This document shows, piece after piece, positions 1-8,806 of a stretch of DNA of 53,852 nucleotides. The notes below the pieces were generated by a model. It ran no database searches and was not told the DNA's origin. It saw nothing but the letters and a program-made list of their open reading frames with translations. Positions within the stretch are counted from its first letter, which is position 1; every line of letters begins with the position of its first letter. The DNA is from Clostridiaceae bacterium (GTDB taxonomy: Bacteria; Bacillota; Clostridia; Saccharofermentanales; DTU023), in assembly GCA_012522435.1 (NCBI GenBank), contig JAAYKK010000003.1, forward strand, positions 1 to 53,852. The letters run 5' to 3'. The position numbers were made by a program, and so were the translations under genes.

Positions 1-122
1 ATTTTCTTTAACTGTTTTGATTGCTCTTTCTAGTAACTCAACACACGTTTTGTTACTAAAATTTGTCTGAAACCAATAATTAGTGAAAAGACTTCATTAA
101 TAAAAAGTTTATACTTTATAGG

Positions 123-152
123 GTGACATCTTTGCTTATTTGGTGTTATAAT
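123..152 (+). promoter_or_regulatory. sigma-A-like promoter of the decarboxylase operon
   Basis: GTGACA (123-128), 18-nt spacer, TGnTATAAT extended -10 (144-152); RBS GAGGT before ATG 220. Confidence 0.6.
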
Positions 153-219
153 CCATATTGGAATTTTATGGATCAAATATCATTTTAGATATTTCTTATC
201 TTATTAAAAAGAGGTATTA

Positions 220-1668
220 ATGAGTAAACTTGGAATACAAGATGTTACTGTGCGTGACGGCAATCAATCTATATTAGCAACACGCATGCAACGCAAGGAT
301 ATTATTGCTTTAGCAAGAGCCTTGGATAAAGTTGGTTTTTATTCTTTAGAGGTATGGGGAGGTGCAACTTTTGACTCCGCATATCGTTTCTTAAAACAAA
401 GTGCCTGGAACAATCTGCGAGAAGTCAGAAATGCTGCTCCTAATACAAAACTTTCAATGTTGCTTAGAGGCCAGAACATTGTTGGGTATCATCATTATGA
501 TAATGACACTTTAGAGCGCTTCATCCGACTAACAATCGAAAATGGCATTGATATTTTGCGTATTTTTGATGCGTTAAATGATCCGGATAATTTGCGAAAT
601 GCTTTTAAGTTTACCAAAAAGCATGGCGGAGAAGTGCAAGCTGCAATAGCTTATACGGTAAGTCCGGTTCACAGTAATGAATACTATGTAAATTTAGTCA
701 AGACATACGAAAGTATGGGAGCAGATTCAATTTGCATCAAAGATATGGCGGGAATTATTTCTCCACAAACAGCATATGATTTGGTGTCCGCTATTAAAGA
801 AGCAACCGACTTACCGCTTAATCTACATTCTCACACGACTGCCAATGCTACAGCATTAGTTATGGAACGTGCTATGCAAGCAGGTGTCGATGTGGTTGAT
901 GGATGTATCTCTCCATTTTCCGGAGGTACCGCTCATTTAGCTGATGAAACATTGCTCGAAGCTGCTAAACTTGCAGGGCGTGAGACAAGCCTAAATATGG
1001 ATGCGTTGAGTGATGCCTACTATATTGCAGATAGAATAGTTAATAAATATATTGAATCAGGTGATTTAAGAACACGTTCATTAATTCCTAATCCGAAAAT
1101 CTTATATTCTCAAGTTCCCGGAGGGATGCTGTCTAATTTGCTCAGTCAATTGGAACAACAACATTCTGCCGATCGATTAAATGACGTATTGGCAGAAATA
1201 CCTAAAGTAAGAAAAGATATGGGCTACCCTCCGCTAGTGACACCTTTGTCGCAGATGGTTGGAACACAAGCAGTATTCAATGTATTGTTGGGTGAACGCT
1301 ATAAAATGGTACCAAATGAAATAAAAGATTATGTCCAAGGACTCTATGGTAAAGCTCCGGGAGAATTAAATCAGGAAATTGTAGATTTAATTATGCAAAG
1401 TACGGAAAAGAAAGAAGTCATACCGCCTGAGGATTTACCTTTTATCTATGAAGATAATAAAAAACTAGCAAGAGAATTTATGGGACGCGAACCTCTGGAA
1501 GAAGAAATTGTAGCATGTTCTATTTTTCCTGAACCTGTACGAGAATACTATGTAGAAAGAGCTGAAAAACTAAAAGCTTTGGCTGATCAGGATCGAAATG
1601 TTATCAAATCAGATGAAACTGTTTCATTTAGAATGGTTCCGCCGGCATCATATAAAGGAGGAAATTAA
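220..1668 (+). CDS. oadA: Oxaloacetate decarboxylase alpha subunit (carboxyltransferase only, no biotinyl domain)
   Basis: RDGNQS, EVWGGATFD, LRGQN, CIKDMAG, LHSH, PGGM, GYPPLVTPLSQ motifs of the pyruvate carboxyltransferase family; clustered with gamma, biotin carrier and beta subunits. Confidence 0.9.
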   Translation: MSKLGIQDVTVRDGNQSILATRMQRKDIIALARALDKVGFYSLEVWGGATFDSAYRFLKQSAWNNLREVRNAAPNTKLSMLLRGQNIVGYHHYDNDTLERFIRLTIENGIDILRIFDALNDPDNLRNAFKFTKKHGGEVQAAIAYTVSPVHSNEYYVNLVKTYESMGADSICIKDMAGIISPQTAYDLVSAIKEATDLPLNLHSHTTANATALVMERAMQAGVDVVDGCISPFSGGTAHLADETLLEAAKLAGRETSLNMDALSDAYYIADRIVNKYIESGDLRTRSLIPNPKILYSQVPGGMLSNLLSQLEQQHSADRLNDVLAEIPKVRKDMGYPPLVTPLSQMVGTQAVFNVLLGERYKMVPNEIKDYVQGLYGKAPGELNQEIVDLIMQSTEKKEVIPPEDLPFIYEDNKKLAREFMGREPLEEEIVACSIFPEPVREYYVERAEKLKALADQDRNVIKSDETVSFRMVPPASYKGGN

Positions 1669-1958
1669 TGGATAATTTTAATCTGGGTCAAGGGGTAATA
1701 ATTTCCTTGTTTTCAATCTTAATTGTTTTTTTGATCTTGGTCTTATTGTCAATTATCTTTATGATTTTCAAATATCTTCCCTTTAGCAAGGAAATTGATA
1801 AAAAAACTCCTGTAACCGCAGCAACTACTTCCGGAAGTAATCTTACGACAGATGTAGATCAGGAAGAACGTATGGTTGCAATGCTCGTTGCATCTTGTTT
1901 GGCAAAAGATGAGATTAAAGGTGACGTTCGTGTCGTATCCATTGAACGTACAAAATAA
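1668..1958 (+). CDS. oadG: Na+-transporting decarboxylase gamma/delta-type membrane subunit (OadG family)
   Basis: Single N-terminal TM helix (IVFLILVLL), linker, C-terminal EEERMVA-like helix; TAATG overlap with oadA stop. Confidence 0.75.
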   Translation: MDNFNLGQGVIISLFSILIVFLILVLLSIIFMIFKYLPFSKEIDKKTPVTAATTSGSNLTTDVDQEERMVAMLVASCLAKDEIKGDVRVVSIERTK

Positions 1959-1996
1959 AATTAGAAAAATACTTTTAGATACTATTAGGAGGACCA

Positions 1997-2350
1997 ATGA
2001 AAACATATCGCGTAGCTGTAGGTGACAAGGAATATATTGTCAAAGTAGAAGAGGTAGCAGATGGTACAGTAATCGAGGAAACGGCTGTAGCAAGCGCTGA
2101 TGCTGCTACACCAACGCCCGTTACACCCGATGGAGATGCAGAGGTTGTTGAAGCGCCCTTACAAGGCTCTGTATTATCAATCAATGTTAAACCGGGAGAT
2201 ACTGTAAACACAGGTGACACTGTTTTAGTTATTGAAGCAATGAAATTAGAAAATGAAGTAGTTGCAGCTCAAGACGGTGTTATTCAGCAAGTATTTGTCC
2301 AAGAAGGTCAGACTGTTGATGCTGAAGAACCTCTTTATAGTATAGCTTAG
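1997..2350 (+). CDS. Stand-alone biotin carboxyl carrier protein
   Basis: APLQG...[10 protein letters not shown] biotinyl domain, Ala/Pro/Thr linker; RBS AGGAGG. Confidence 0.9.
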   Translation: MKTYRVAVGDKEYIVKVEEVADGTVIEETAVASADAATPTPVTPDGDAEVVEAPLQGSVLSINVKPGDTVNTGDTVLVIEAMKLENEVVAAQDGVIQQVFVQEGQTVDAEEPLYSIA

Positions 2351-2363
2351 ATGGGGTGTTCAG

Positions 2364-3482
2364 ATGTTAGATATGATCGTCGATTTTTTTAAGTCAAGCG
2401 GTCTTTTTGCTTTAGATATTAAAACAGCAATCATGTTGCTCATAGCATGTATATTGTTGTATTTAGCTGTTAAAAAAGAATATGAGCCATACTTGCTAAT
2501 TCCGATTGCGTTTGGAATGTTGCTTGCCAATCTGCCTTTAGGAGGGTTGAGTTCAAGTGATCAAGGTGGTTTGCTAAACCTTTTATATCAAGGTGTAGAA
2601 CTGGGAATATATCCGCCTTTAATCTTCTTAGGTGTTGGTGCTTCAACTGACTTCGGTCCGTTAATTGCCAATCCTAAAAGCATGTTACTGGGAGCTGCAG
2701 CACAGATAGGTATTTTTGCTGCATTCTTAGGAGCAATAGCTCTGGGCTTTACTTCGCCTGAAGCTGCTTCAATTGGAATAATAGGCGGCGCTGATGGTCC
2801 TACGGCATTGTATTTAACCAGCAAATTAGCACCTCATCTTTTAGGTGCAATTGCGATTGCTGCATATTCTTATATGGCCTTAGTGCCGGTTATCCAGCCC
2901 CCAATTATGAAATTATTAACTACTGAAGCGGAACGAAAAATTGAAATGAAGACTGCACGAAAAGTTTCGCAAGGTGAAAAAATTGTATTCCCAATTATCA
3001 CTACAATAATTGTCAGTTTATTAGTTCCTTCGGCAGCGCCTTTAGTAGGTATGTTGATGCTTGGTAACCTGATAAAAGAGTCGGGTGTTGTGCCTAATCT
3101 AATCATAGCTGCTAAGGATACAATTATGTATACAGTAACTATTTTACTAGGTGTAACAGTAGGTGCGACAGCTTCTTCAGAAAAGTTTTTACAGCCTCAA
3201 ACTTTAGGAATCTTAGTAATGGGACTTATTGCATTTGCTATAGGGACTACATTCGGTATCATTTTTGCTAAAATAATGAACGTTTTCTCAAAAGAGAAGA
3301 TCAACCCATTAATTGGTTCAGCAGGTGTTTCTGCAGTTCCAATGGCTGCTAGAGTATCGCAAAGAGTGGGGCAAGAAGCTAATCCTAAAAATTTCTTACT
3401 TATGCACGCTATGGGACCTAATGTTGCCGGTGTAATCGGTTCAGCAGTAGCTGCAGGATTATTATTGAATTTGTTTGGCTAA
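2364..3482 (+). CDS. oadB: Na+-translocating decarboxylase beta subunit
   Basis: [41 protein letters not shown] motifs; polytopic membrane protein. Confidence 0.93.
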   Translation: MLDMIVDFFKSSGLFALDIKTAIMLLIACILLYLAVKKEYEPYLLIPIAFGMLLANLPLGGLSSSDQGGLLNLLYQGVELGIYPPLIFLGVGASTDFGPLIANPKSMLLGAAAQIGIFAAFLGAIALGFTSPEAASIGIIGGADGPTALYLTSKLAPHLLGAIAIAAYSYMALVPVIQPPIMKLLTTEAERKIEMKTARKVSQGEKIVFPIITTIIVSLLVPSAAPLVGMLMLGNLIKESGVVPNLIIAAKDTIMYTVTILLGVTVGATASSEKFLQPQTLGILVMGLIAFAIGTTFGIIFAKIMNVFSKEKINPLIGSAGVSAVPMAARVSQRVGQEANPKNFLLMHAMGPNVAGVIGSAVAAGLLLNLFG

Positions 3483-3519
3483 TCAATAAATTAAAAATTT
3501 GATTAAAGTATTTTATAAC

Positions 3520-3556
3520 AAAAGGCGATCAGTGTTTATACAAGATCGCCTTTTTT
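3520..3556. terminator. Bidirectional intrinsic terminator between convergent oadB and DUF4190 gene
   Basis: AAAAGGCGATC (3520-3530) pairs with GATCGCCTTTT (3544-3554); A-tract before and T-tract after. Confidence 0.8.
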
Positions 3557-3612
3557 ATATTAAAAGTGATATTTAAACTAATATCGATAAATCCAAATTA
3601 TTACTTTTTGAC

Positions 3613-4452
3613 TTAATCAAAATTAAAATCATCCAGATCAAATTCGTAATTAAAGTTATTACTTTCATTCCAACCGCCAAATTCATTGCCAAACTCTTTT
3701 GCTGCAGCACAAAAACATGCGGCACAAGCAATAGTAGTTATGATGCTGAGACCAATACCAATGGCACTTGTAATCAATCCGGCTAATGCTAAACCGGAAT
3801 CTTTAGATTTTTTTCTAGAGATGATGGCTAAAACCAAGCCGACGATACCTGAAATTATTGAAATTATACCCGGCCATGGGAAAAAATAAAAGATAATAAT
3901 TGATAAGAAAAAGAATAAGACAGAAGTACCACCTAGTACTAAAGAGGCAATGGACATGCCATCGTTTTTAGCTGGTTGTCCTGGCTGTTGATACTGTCCG
4001 ACATTCGGTCCTCCTTGATATCCGGGTTGCTGCTGATAAGCTTGTTGAGCACTCGGAGGTTGTCCCGGTTGAGGTTGAGTTCTATTATATGGTGCCTGTT
4101 GTGATTGTTGATATTGATGCGGTTGTTGCTGATATTGCTGTGGCTGCTGAGGTTGTTGGTATTGCTGTGGCTGTTGCGGCTGTTGCTGATATTGTTGTGG
4201 TTGTTGATATGGTGTTTGTTGTTGTGTTTGAGTAAAAGGTGACGGAGCAGGAGGCAATGAGGTTTCAACTTGTTGCTCTGTTTCAGTTTTTTGTTCGTCT
4301 GTGGCGTCGACGATTGTCTCCTCTGCCGTTGCTTGAACTTCTTCTGATTTTTCTTGAGCTTGCTCAATTTCCCGTTCCATATCTTCATTTTGATTATCAT
4401 TTACTTGATCTGTTTGATCAGTTTGGTTTTCAAAATTATTATCTTGATCCAT
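3613..4452 (-). CDS. DUF4190-like membrane protein with long acidic and Gln/Pro-rich N-terminus
   Basis: KNDGMSIASLVLG...GIVGLVLAIIS...GLALAGLITS TM segments typical of DUF4190; RBS AAGGAG. Confidence 0.75.
   Translation of the reverse strand: MDQDNNFENQTDQTDQVNDNQNEDMEREIEQAQEKSEEVQATAEETIVDATDEQKTETEQQVETSLPPAPSPFTQTQQQTPYQQPQQYQQQPQQPQQYQQPQQPQQYQQQPHQYQQSQQAPYNRTQPQPGQPPSAQQAYQQQPGYQGGPNVGQYQQPGQPAKNDGMSIASLVLGGTSVLFFFLSIIIFYFFPWPGIISIISGIVGLVLAIISRKKSKDSGLALAGLITSAIGIGLSIITTIACAACFCAAAKEFGNEFGGWNESNNFNYEFDLDDFNFD
3975..4230 (-). repeat. Imperfect coding repeats (QQPQQYQ, QQPG)
   Basis: About four degenerate QQPQQYQ units in the translation; (TGT/TGC/TGG)n pattern on the + strand. Confidence 0.7.
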
Positions 4453-4590
4453 AGACGTCTCCTTAATTAAATGATGTAATTAGTTACTAATTAACTCTTC
4501 GCTTAATTTTACTAAAATTGCTAAAGAACATCAATATTGCTTATACGTGTTTCATTACTTAATTATATTCTTAAGTTAAACTTAAAAAAG

Positions 4591-5385
4591 TCAGCTACTA
4601 GACGAATTCTTTAATTTAGATTTGAGACGATCACTTAAAAGAAAAAGACCGGTTAAAATAAGTAATACAAGACTGATAAATTGTGATGTGGATAATACCC
4701 CAATAAATCCACGTTGAACATCTCCTCTAAAGAATTCTATAAAAAATCTGAAGGGTGAATAAAGAAAAACATATAAAGCGGTTAATTTATAACCATTATT
4801 TAATTTATGAAAGAAGATTAGCAGAACAATGAAGATAATGAAACAATAAATTGCTTCTAATAGTTGAGTAGGAAACAGTTTGATTCCCGGTGGAGCAATT
4901 AGGGAATTGTTTAATTGATAACCGAATTCTTGGCACTCTATGCCATAACAACAACCGGCGCAAAGACAGCCGATGCGACCAAAACTATGAATAAGAGGTA
5001 TTGCGGGTGCTAAAAATAACAAAATCTTCTCCAGTGGAATTAAGAATTGACGTGCGTAGAGAAATAGCATTATGAATGCTCCTATAAGCGACCCGTAAAA
5101 AACATAGCCACCTTGAATAATCCAGTTTCCGATTAGCTTAAAACCGACTCCGAAGCTAAATGCTTTGATAATGATGGGTAGTCCGACAAGTATGTATAAT
5201 AATTTACCACCAACACCTACTCCGATTGTGCCATAGATGAAGCTATAAATTACATCTTCAGCAAAATCTGGTTGGTATTTTTTCGCCAATAAATATGAAG
5301 TTAAAACACCAAGAAGCAAACCGACAAAGATTAGAGTTCCATATACAGGAATTTTTATGTTAAAAATTTCATAAGTTGGATACAT
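4591..5385 (-). CDS. lgt: Prolipoprotein diacylglyceryl transferase family protein (Cys-rich subtype)
   Basis: PVYG, GGYVFYG, GRIGCLCAGCCYG, PTQLLE, RFFIEFFRGD, LSTSQ motifs; about 7 TM. Confidence 0.85.
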   Translation of the reverse strand: MYPTYEIFNIKIPVYGTLIFVGLLLGVLTSYLLAKKYQPDFAEDVIYSFIYGTIGVGVGGKLLYILVGLPIIIKAFSFGVGFKLIGNWIIQGGYVFYGSLIGAFIMLFLYARQFLIPLEKILLFLAPAIPLIHSFGRIGCLCAGCCYGIECQEFGYQLNNSLIAPPGIKLFPTQLLEAIYCFIIFIVLLIFFHKLNNGYKLTALYVFLYSPFRFFIEFFRGDVQRGFIGVLSTSQFISLVLLILTGLFLLSDRLKSKLKNSSSS

Positions 5386-5388
5386 TGA

Positions 5389-6321
5389 TTATTCCGGTTT
5401 TTCATCTAATTTAGTTGCTTTTGTAGTTTCCTGAAGATCGTGATTTGTTTTATGAATAAAACCTAGTTTGAGCGCATTGACCGGACACACTTCAATGCAT
5501 TCGCCACAACGAATACATTCAGGGGAGTTAGGGGTTTTATAGGGTTCTACTTGCATCTTACAAACTCTGGCACAACGTTTACATTCAATACAATTTGCAG
5601 AACATTGCATATGATAAAAACTGATTTTATTAAACATGCCATAGATTGCACCAAGTGGACATGCATATTTACAGAAAAATCTAAAGATTAAAATTGAGCC
5701 TATCACAGTTATTAGTAGTAACAATACTTTCCAGCTGAAAATTAATCCTACTAATTGTCTTAATGCCGGATTAGCTATTAAGAGAGGAATACCTGCTTCC
5801 ATAGTTCCTGCCGGACAAATAAATTTGCAAAAAGCCGGATAACTCATCCCAAAACGATCTTGGGTTAGTAGTGGAAAAGCAATTACAAATATAATTAATA
5901 AAACATATTTTAACCAAATTGCTTTTTGATGAATCTTCTTTTTGGGATTAACCTTCTTAATCGGTATTTTATGAAGTAGTTCCTGGATCCAGCCAAAAGG
6001 GCAAAGCCAGCCGCAGAACCAGCGCCCCATTGTAATACCGAAAAGTGCAATTAATCCTACAACATAATATGAAAAGTTAAATTGTGCTGAGTTAGGCACT
6101 GCTTGTAAGGAACCGATCGGGCAAGCGCCAAGCGCACCGGGACAGGAGTAGCAATTTAATACAGGTAAGCATACGTGTTTCAAATTTCCTTTGTAAATTG
6201 TTCCGTCAAGAAAACTTTTCCAATTACCATTGATAATTAAAGCACCGAGAGCTTGAACCAAGCTTCTTTTCCTACGTTGTTTTGTTAAAGAATTTGCTTT
6301 TTGTTTCTTAGACTTTTCCAT
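5389..6321 (-). CDS. Membrane polyferredoxin, 4Fe-4S binding (NapH/YccM-like)
   Basis: CYSCP, CGWLCP, CKFICP, CKYACP motifs and two C-terminal ferredoxin motifs CIECKRC...C and CIRCGECIEVCP. Confidence 0.85.
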   Translation of the reverse strand: MEKSKKQKANSLTKQRRKRSLVQALGALIINGNWKSFLDGTIYKGNLKHVCLPVLNCYSCPGALGACPIGSLQAVPNSAQFNFSYYVVGLIALFGITMGRWFCGWLCPFGWIQELLHKIPIKKVNPKKKIHQKAIWLKYVLLIIFVIAFPLLTQDRFGMSYPAFCKFICPAGTMEAGIPLLIANPALRQLVGLIFSWKVLLLLITVIGSILIFRFFCKYACPLGAIYGMFNKISFYHMQCSANCIECKRCARVCKMQVEPYKTPNSPECIRCGECIEVCPVNALKLGFIHKTNHDLQETTKATKLDEKPE

Positions 6322-6328
6322 ATGATAA

Positions 6329-6484
6329 TTAACCGATTCCTATACAATCCAGACAAATATTGATAGCGTTTTGTAAAACAATCAATACTTCAGAACGCAT
6401 AATCCCATAACCAATCATAAACAGGATCAAAACTAATAAAGTAAAACGTATTATATATGTAGATTTTTTATTAAATATATTCAT
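6329..6484 (-). CDS. 51-aa CxxC membrane peptide (CD1871A-family-like), missing from the ORF track
   Basis: Hand translation MNIFNKKSTYIIRFTLLVLILFMIGYGIMRSEVLIVLQNAINICLDCIGIG*; ATG overlaps upstream TGA (TGATG); fills the gap and stops 7 nt before the next start. Confidence 0.85.
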   Translation of the reverse strand: MNIFNKKSTYIIRFTLLVLILFMIGYGIMRSEVLIVLQNAINICLDCIGIG

Positions 6485-7125
6485 CACTTTTCAATTTCCG
6501 ACAATCCATCTTCAATCAAGTTTGCGAAAAATTCATAACTATTTGCACCGACAATAGGTTCTCCTATCAGAACACCATTCGCGTCAACCAGGTATGTAGT
6601 GGGAATAGCATATACATTAGCTAAGATCTTATTGTTTACTTCATTGTTAGATGTTAAGTTTGTATATTCTACATTTGCTTCCGCTAAGAGTTCCTTGGCA
6701 ACTTCGACCATGGATTGATTTTCCTTAAATACATCTGAAGTAATTCCAAGAACTTGGACATCTTTATCGGCAAATTCCCTCGCTATTTTTCCTAAATCTG
6801 GAAGTTCGGCTTTACAAGGTCCGCAAAAAGTACCCCATACGTTGACTAAAGTTAATTTTGAATCAGCAAAAAATTCCTTAGTATGGATCTCCTTACCTGT
6901 TAAATCAGTTGAAGAAAAAAACCAAGGATTGCTTTCAGCTACAACTTCTTGTGCATCGTCGGCTTGTGAAACATCTATCGGTTCTTTTGTTTCTTCAATA
7001 TCTGTATTGTTTTCGGTTTCAAGCTTTGTTTTTTCATCTAAAGATTTGTCATTATTTCCTTTGCAGGCGCCGAACAACAGTGCAATTAATAACAAACTGA
7101 TAACTAAAACTAAATTCTTCTTCAT
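6484..7125 (-). CDS. TlpA/ResA-family thiol-disulfide oxidoreductase lipoprotein
   Basis: Signal peptide with lipobox LFGAC; VNVWGTFCGPCKAELP active site; cis-Pro AIPTT; RBS GGAGGT. Confidence 0.88.
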   Translation of the reverse strand: MKKNLVLVISLLLIALLFGACKGNNDKSLDEKTKLETENNTDIEETKEPIDVSQADDAQEVVAESNPWFFSSTDLTGKEIHTKEFFADSKLTLVNVWGTFCGPCKAELPDLGKIAREFADKDVQVLGITSDVFKENQSMVEVAKELLAEANVEYTNLTSNNEVNNKILANVYAIPTTYLVDANGVLIGEPIVGANSYEFFANLIEDGLSEIEK

Positions 7126-7330
7126 AATTGAGTACCTCCAGATAACTCTTGTTTGATTGAATTTTTAATGTTTTACAATAATAGTTAAAATGTTACACAT
7201 TAGATTAAAAAGATAAGTTAACATATTAAGAGTAAGATTTGTATTCTTTTAAGATATTTTAAACATATATTATATTAATCATAGAATTTTGACGAGTGTT
7301 CTTGTTACACAATCAGAAAGGAGTAAAATT

Positions 7331-7609
7331 ATGGATTTTATTAAAGAAAAAAATCGAATTTATTATGAAGATGAAACAGGGAATATGCTGGCGGAAATTT
7401 CATTCTCTGATCTGGATGATCAGACGGTTGAAGCGAATCATACTTTTGTTGACCCCAGTTTAAGAGGTCAGGGAATAGCAGAAAAGCTGGTTGATGCTAT
7501 GGTCGAGGAAATGAAAGAACAAAACAAAAAAATTAAACCCACATGCTCTTATGTAGTAAAATTATTTCAACTAAAAAAAGAAAAGTACGGATTTATTATT
7601 GCCAACTAA
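7331..7609 (+). CDS. Small GNAT-family acetyltransferase (YjdJ-like)
   Basis: HTFVDPSLRGQGIA acetyl-CoA loop and PTCSY motif; start moved to ATG 7331 after RBS AAAGGAG. Confidence 0.85.
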   Translation: MDFIKEKNRIYYEDETGNMLAEISFSDLDDQTVEANHTFVDPSLRGQGIAEKLVDAMVEEMKEQNKKIKPTCSYVVKLFQLKKEKYGFIIAN

Positions 7610-7621
7610 AACGCAAATTTA

Positions 7622-8617
7622 TTATTCGATCAATTCTTGATCTTCGAAAATGGCGCTGTAAGGTTTGGTTTCAATATCACCGATCCCGAGGCGCTGTTTT
7701 ATTTCTTCTGAGATTTCAAGTCTTCTACTACCGAAAACTATTTGTTTTGAATCCATTAATTCAAACATTTCTTTAGGCGAAATCTCAAGCAGTTCAGGTG
7801 TTTCAAAAAAACGTTCAAGCATACTAAGCGATTTGATCAAATAATATCCGTCACAAATTCTTTCATCCAAAGTGCAGACAATATCCATCACTTCACGCCA
7901 TTCAACACCACCGGTTTTACTTTTAAAAGGTTTTTCATATATTTTTCCCATAGTTACGAACAGGGAATTAGTACCAAATTCATACAGATGATGGAAAGGG
8001 GCATTGCCGCCTATACTGCCTAAATGTGAAAGAAAAACTGATGAGTATAGAGGAATTATATCAGTCAATACTTTTGGCATTAATCCGTGAAAATCAAGCC
8101 AACGCAGCATTGCTAAAACAAATCTTAAAAACCAGCGTGGTGTTTTTGCAAAAAAAGATATTAACTTGTCATCTGTTTTAGTTTCTTGCTCTTGGCGAAT
8201 CAGCTCAACTTGTTCTTTCATTTTTTCAGCGACTGTATTAATGTTGTCATCTTCAGTCATTACAACTTTAGCAATTGACTCGTAAGCATGGTCTGAAAGA
8301 TCTAATTTAACTATATATAAACCTTCATAGCCATTGTGTTCATAAATTCTACGTCCGGCTATGAAACGATTTAGCTTTGGTCTTAAAACAAAAATATTAA
8401 GAATAGATGCCATAATTATGTTGAAAATAGTAATACGATCACCATTTTTGCGTCTTTTTTTTATATAGTCTCTGATCGGTTTAACTTCGATCGTTTTTTG
8501 ATAGAAAATCAATGCTTCATTACGTGAACGCATAATGTAAGGCATGATATGATTCATTGGATCACCGTCAGTAATCAATTTTCCATCCTTACGTTTTTTG
8601 CCGAAAATAAAACTCAC
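7622..8617 (-). CDS. Stand-alone 2-oxoacid dehydrogenase E2-like (CAT-fold) acyltransferase catalytic domain
   Basis: RPKLNRF, FLSHLGSIG, TLDERICDG align to E2 catalytic-domain motifs; no lipoyl domain; GTG start with RBS GAGGAG. Confidence 0.7.
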   Translation of the reverse strand: MSFIFGKKRKDGKLITDGDPMNHIMPYIMRSRNEALIFYQKTIEVKPIRDYIKKRRKNGDRITIFNIIMASILNIFVLRPKLNRFIAGRRIYEHNGYEGLYIVKLDLSDHAYESIAKVVMTEDDNINTVAEKMKEQVELIRQEQETKTDDKLISFFAKTPRWFLRFVLAMLRWLDFHGLMPKVLTDIIPLYSSVFLSHLGSIGGNAPFHHLYEFGTNSLFVTMGKIYEKPFKSKTGGVEWREVMDIVCTLDERICDGYYLIKSLSMLERFFETPELLEISPKEMFELMDSKQIVFGSRRLEISEEIKQRLGIGDIETKPYSAIFEDQELIE

Positions 8618-8806
8618 AAATTTCTCCTCAAATATGATGAATTAAAACTATTTGTAATAAATATTAGCTAAAATAGAATTTCTAAAATAGTATAGCATAT
8701 TATTTACCGGTCAATTCAAGAATAATCTATTAGTACAATCCGGTTTCACTTTTTGGTTTGTCTGTGTGATAATGTTTGGTAGTTATTTTTATCTACGAGG
8801 TGTTAG

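Noticed and set aside
1-96. Open minus-strand frame running off the left edge (…CVELLERAIKTVKEN)
   Set aside because: No start codon or RBS after the upstream TGA; too short to call
3939-4400. 153-aa Asn/His-rich alternative-frame ORF
   Set aside because: Frame-shifted shadow of the Gln-rich repeat inside the DUF4190 gene; no RBS
6484-6486. TGA ending tlpA as possible selenocysteine read-through
   Set aside because: Active site is already CGPC, the domain is complete, and the TGA overlaps the next ATG in ordinary translational coupling
7126-7330. AT-rich divergent intergenic region with short palindromes such as AATGT-TAC-ACATT
   Set aside because: Expected by chance at this AT content; no match to an operator I can name
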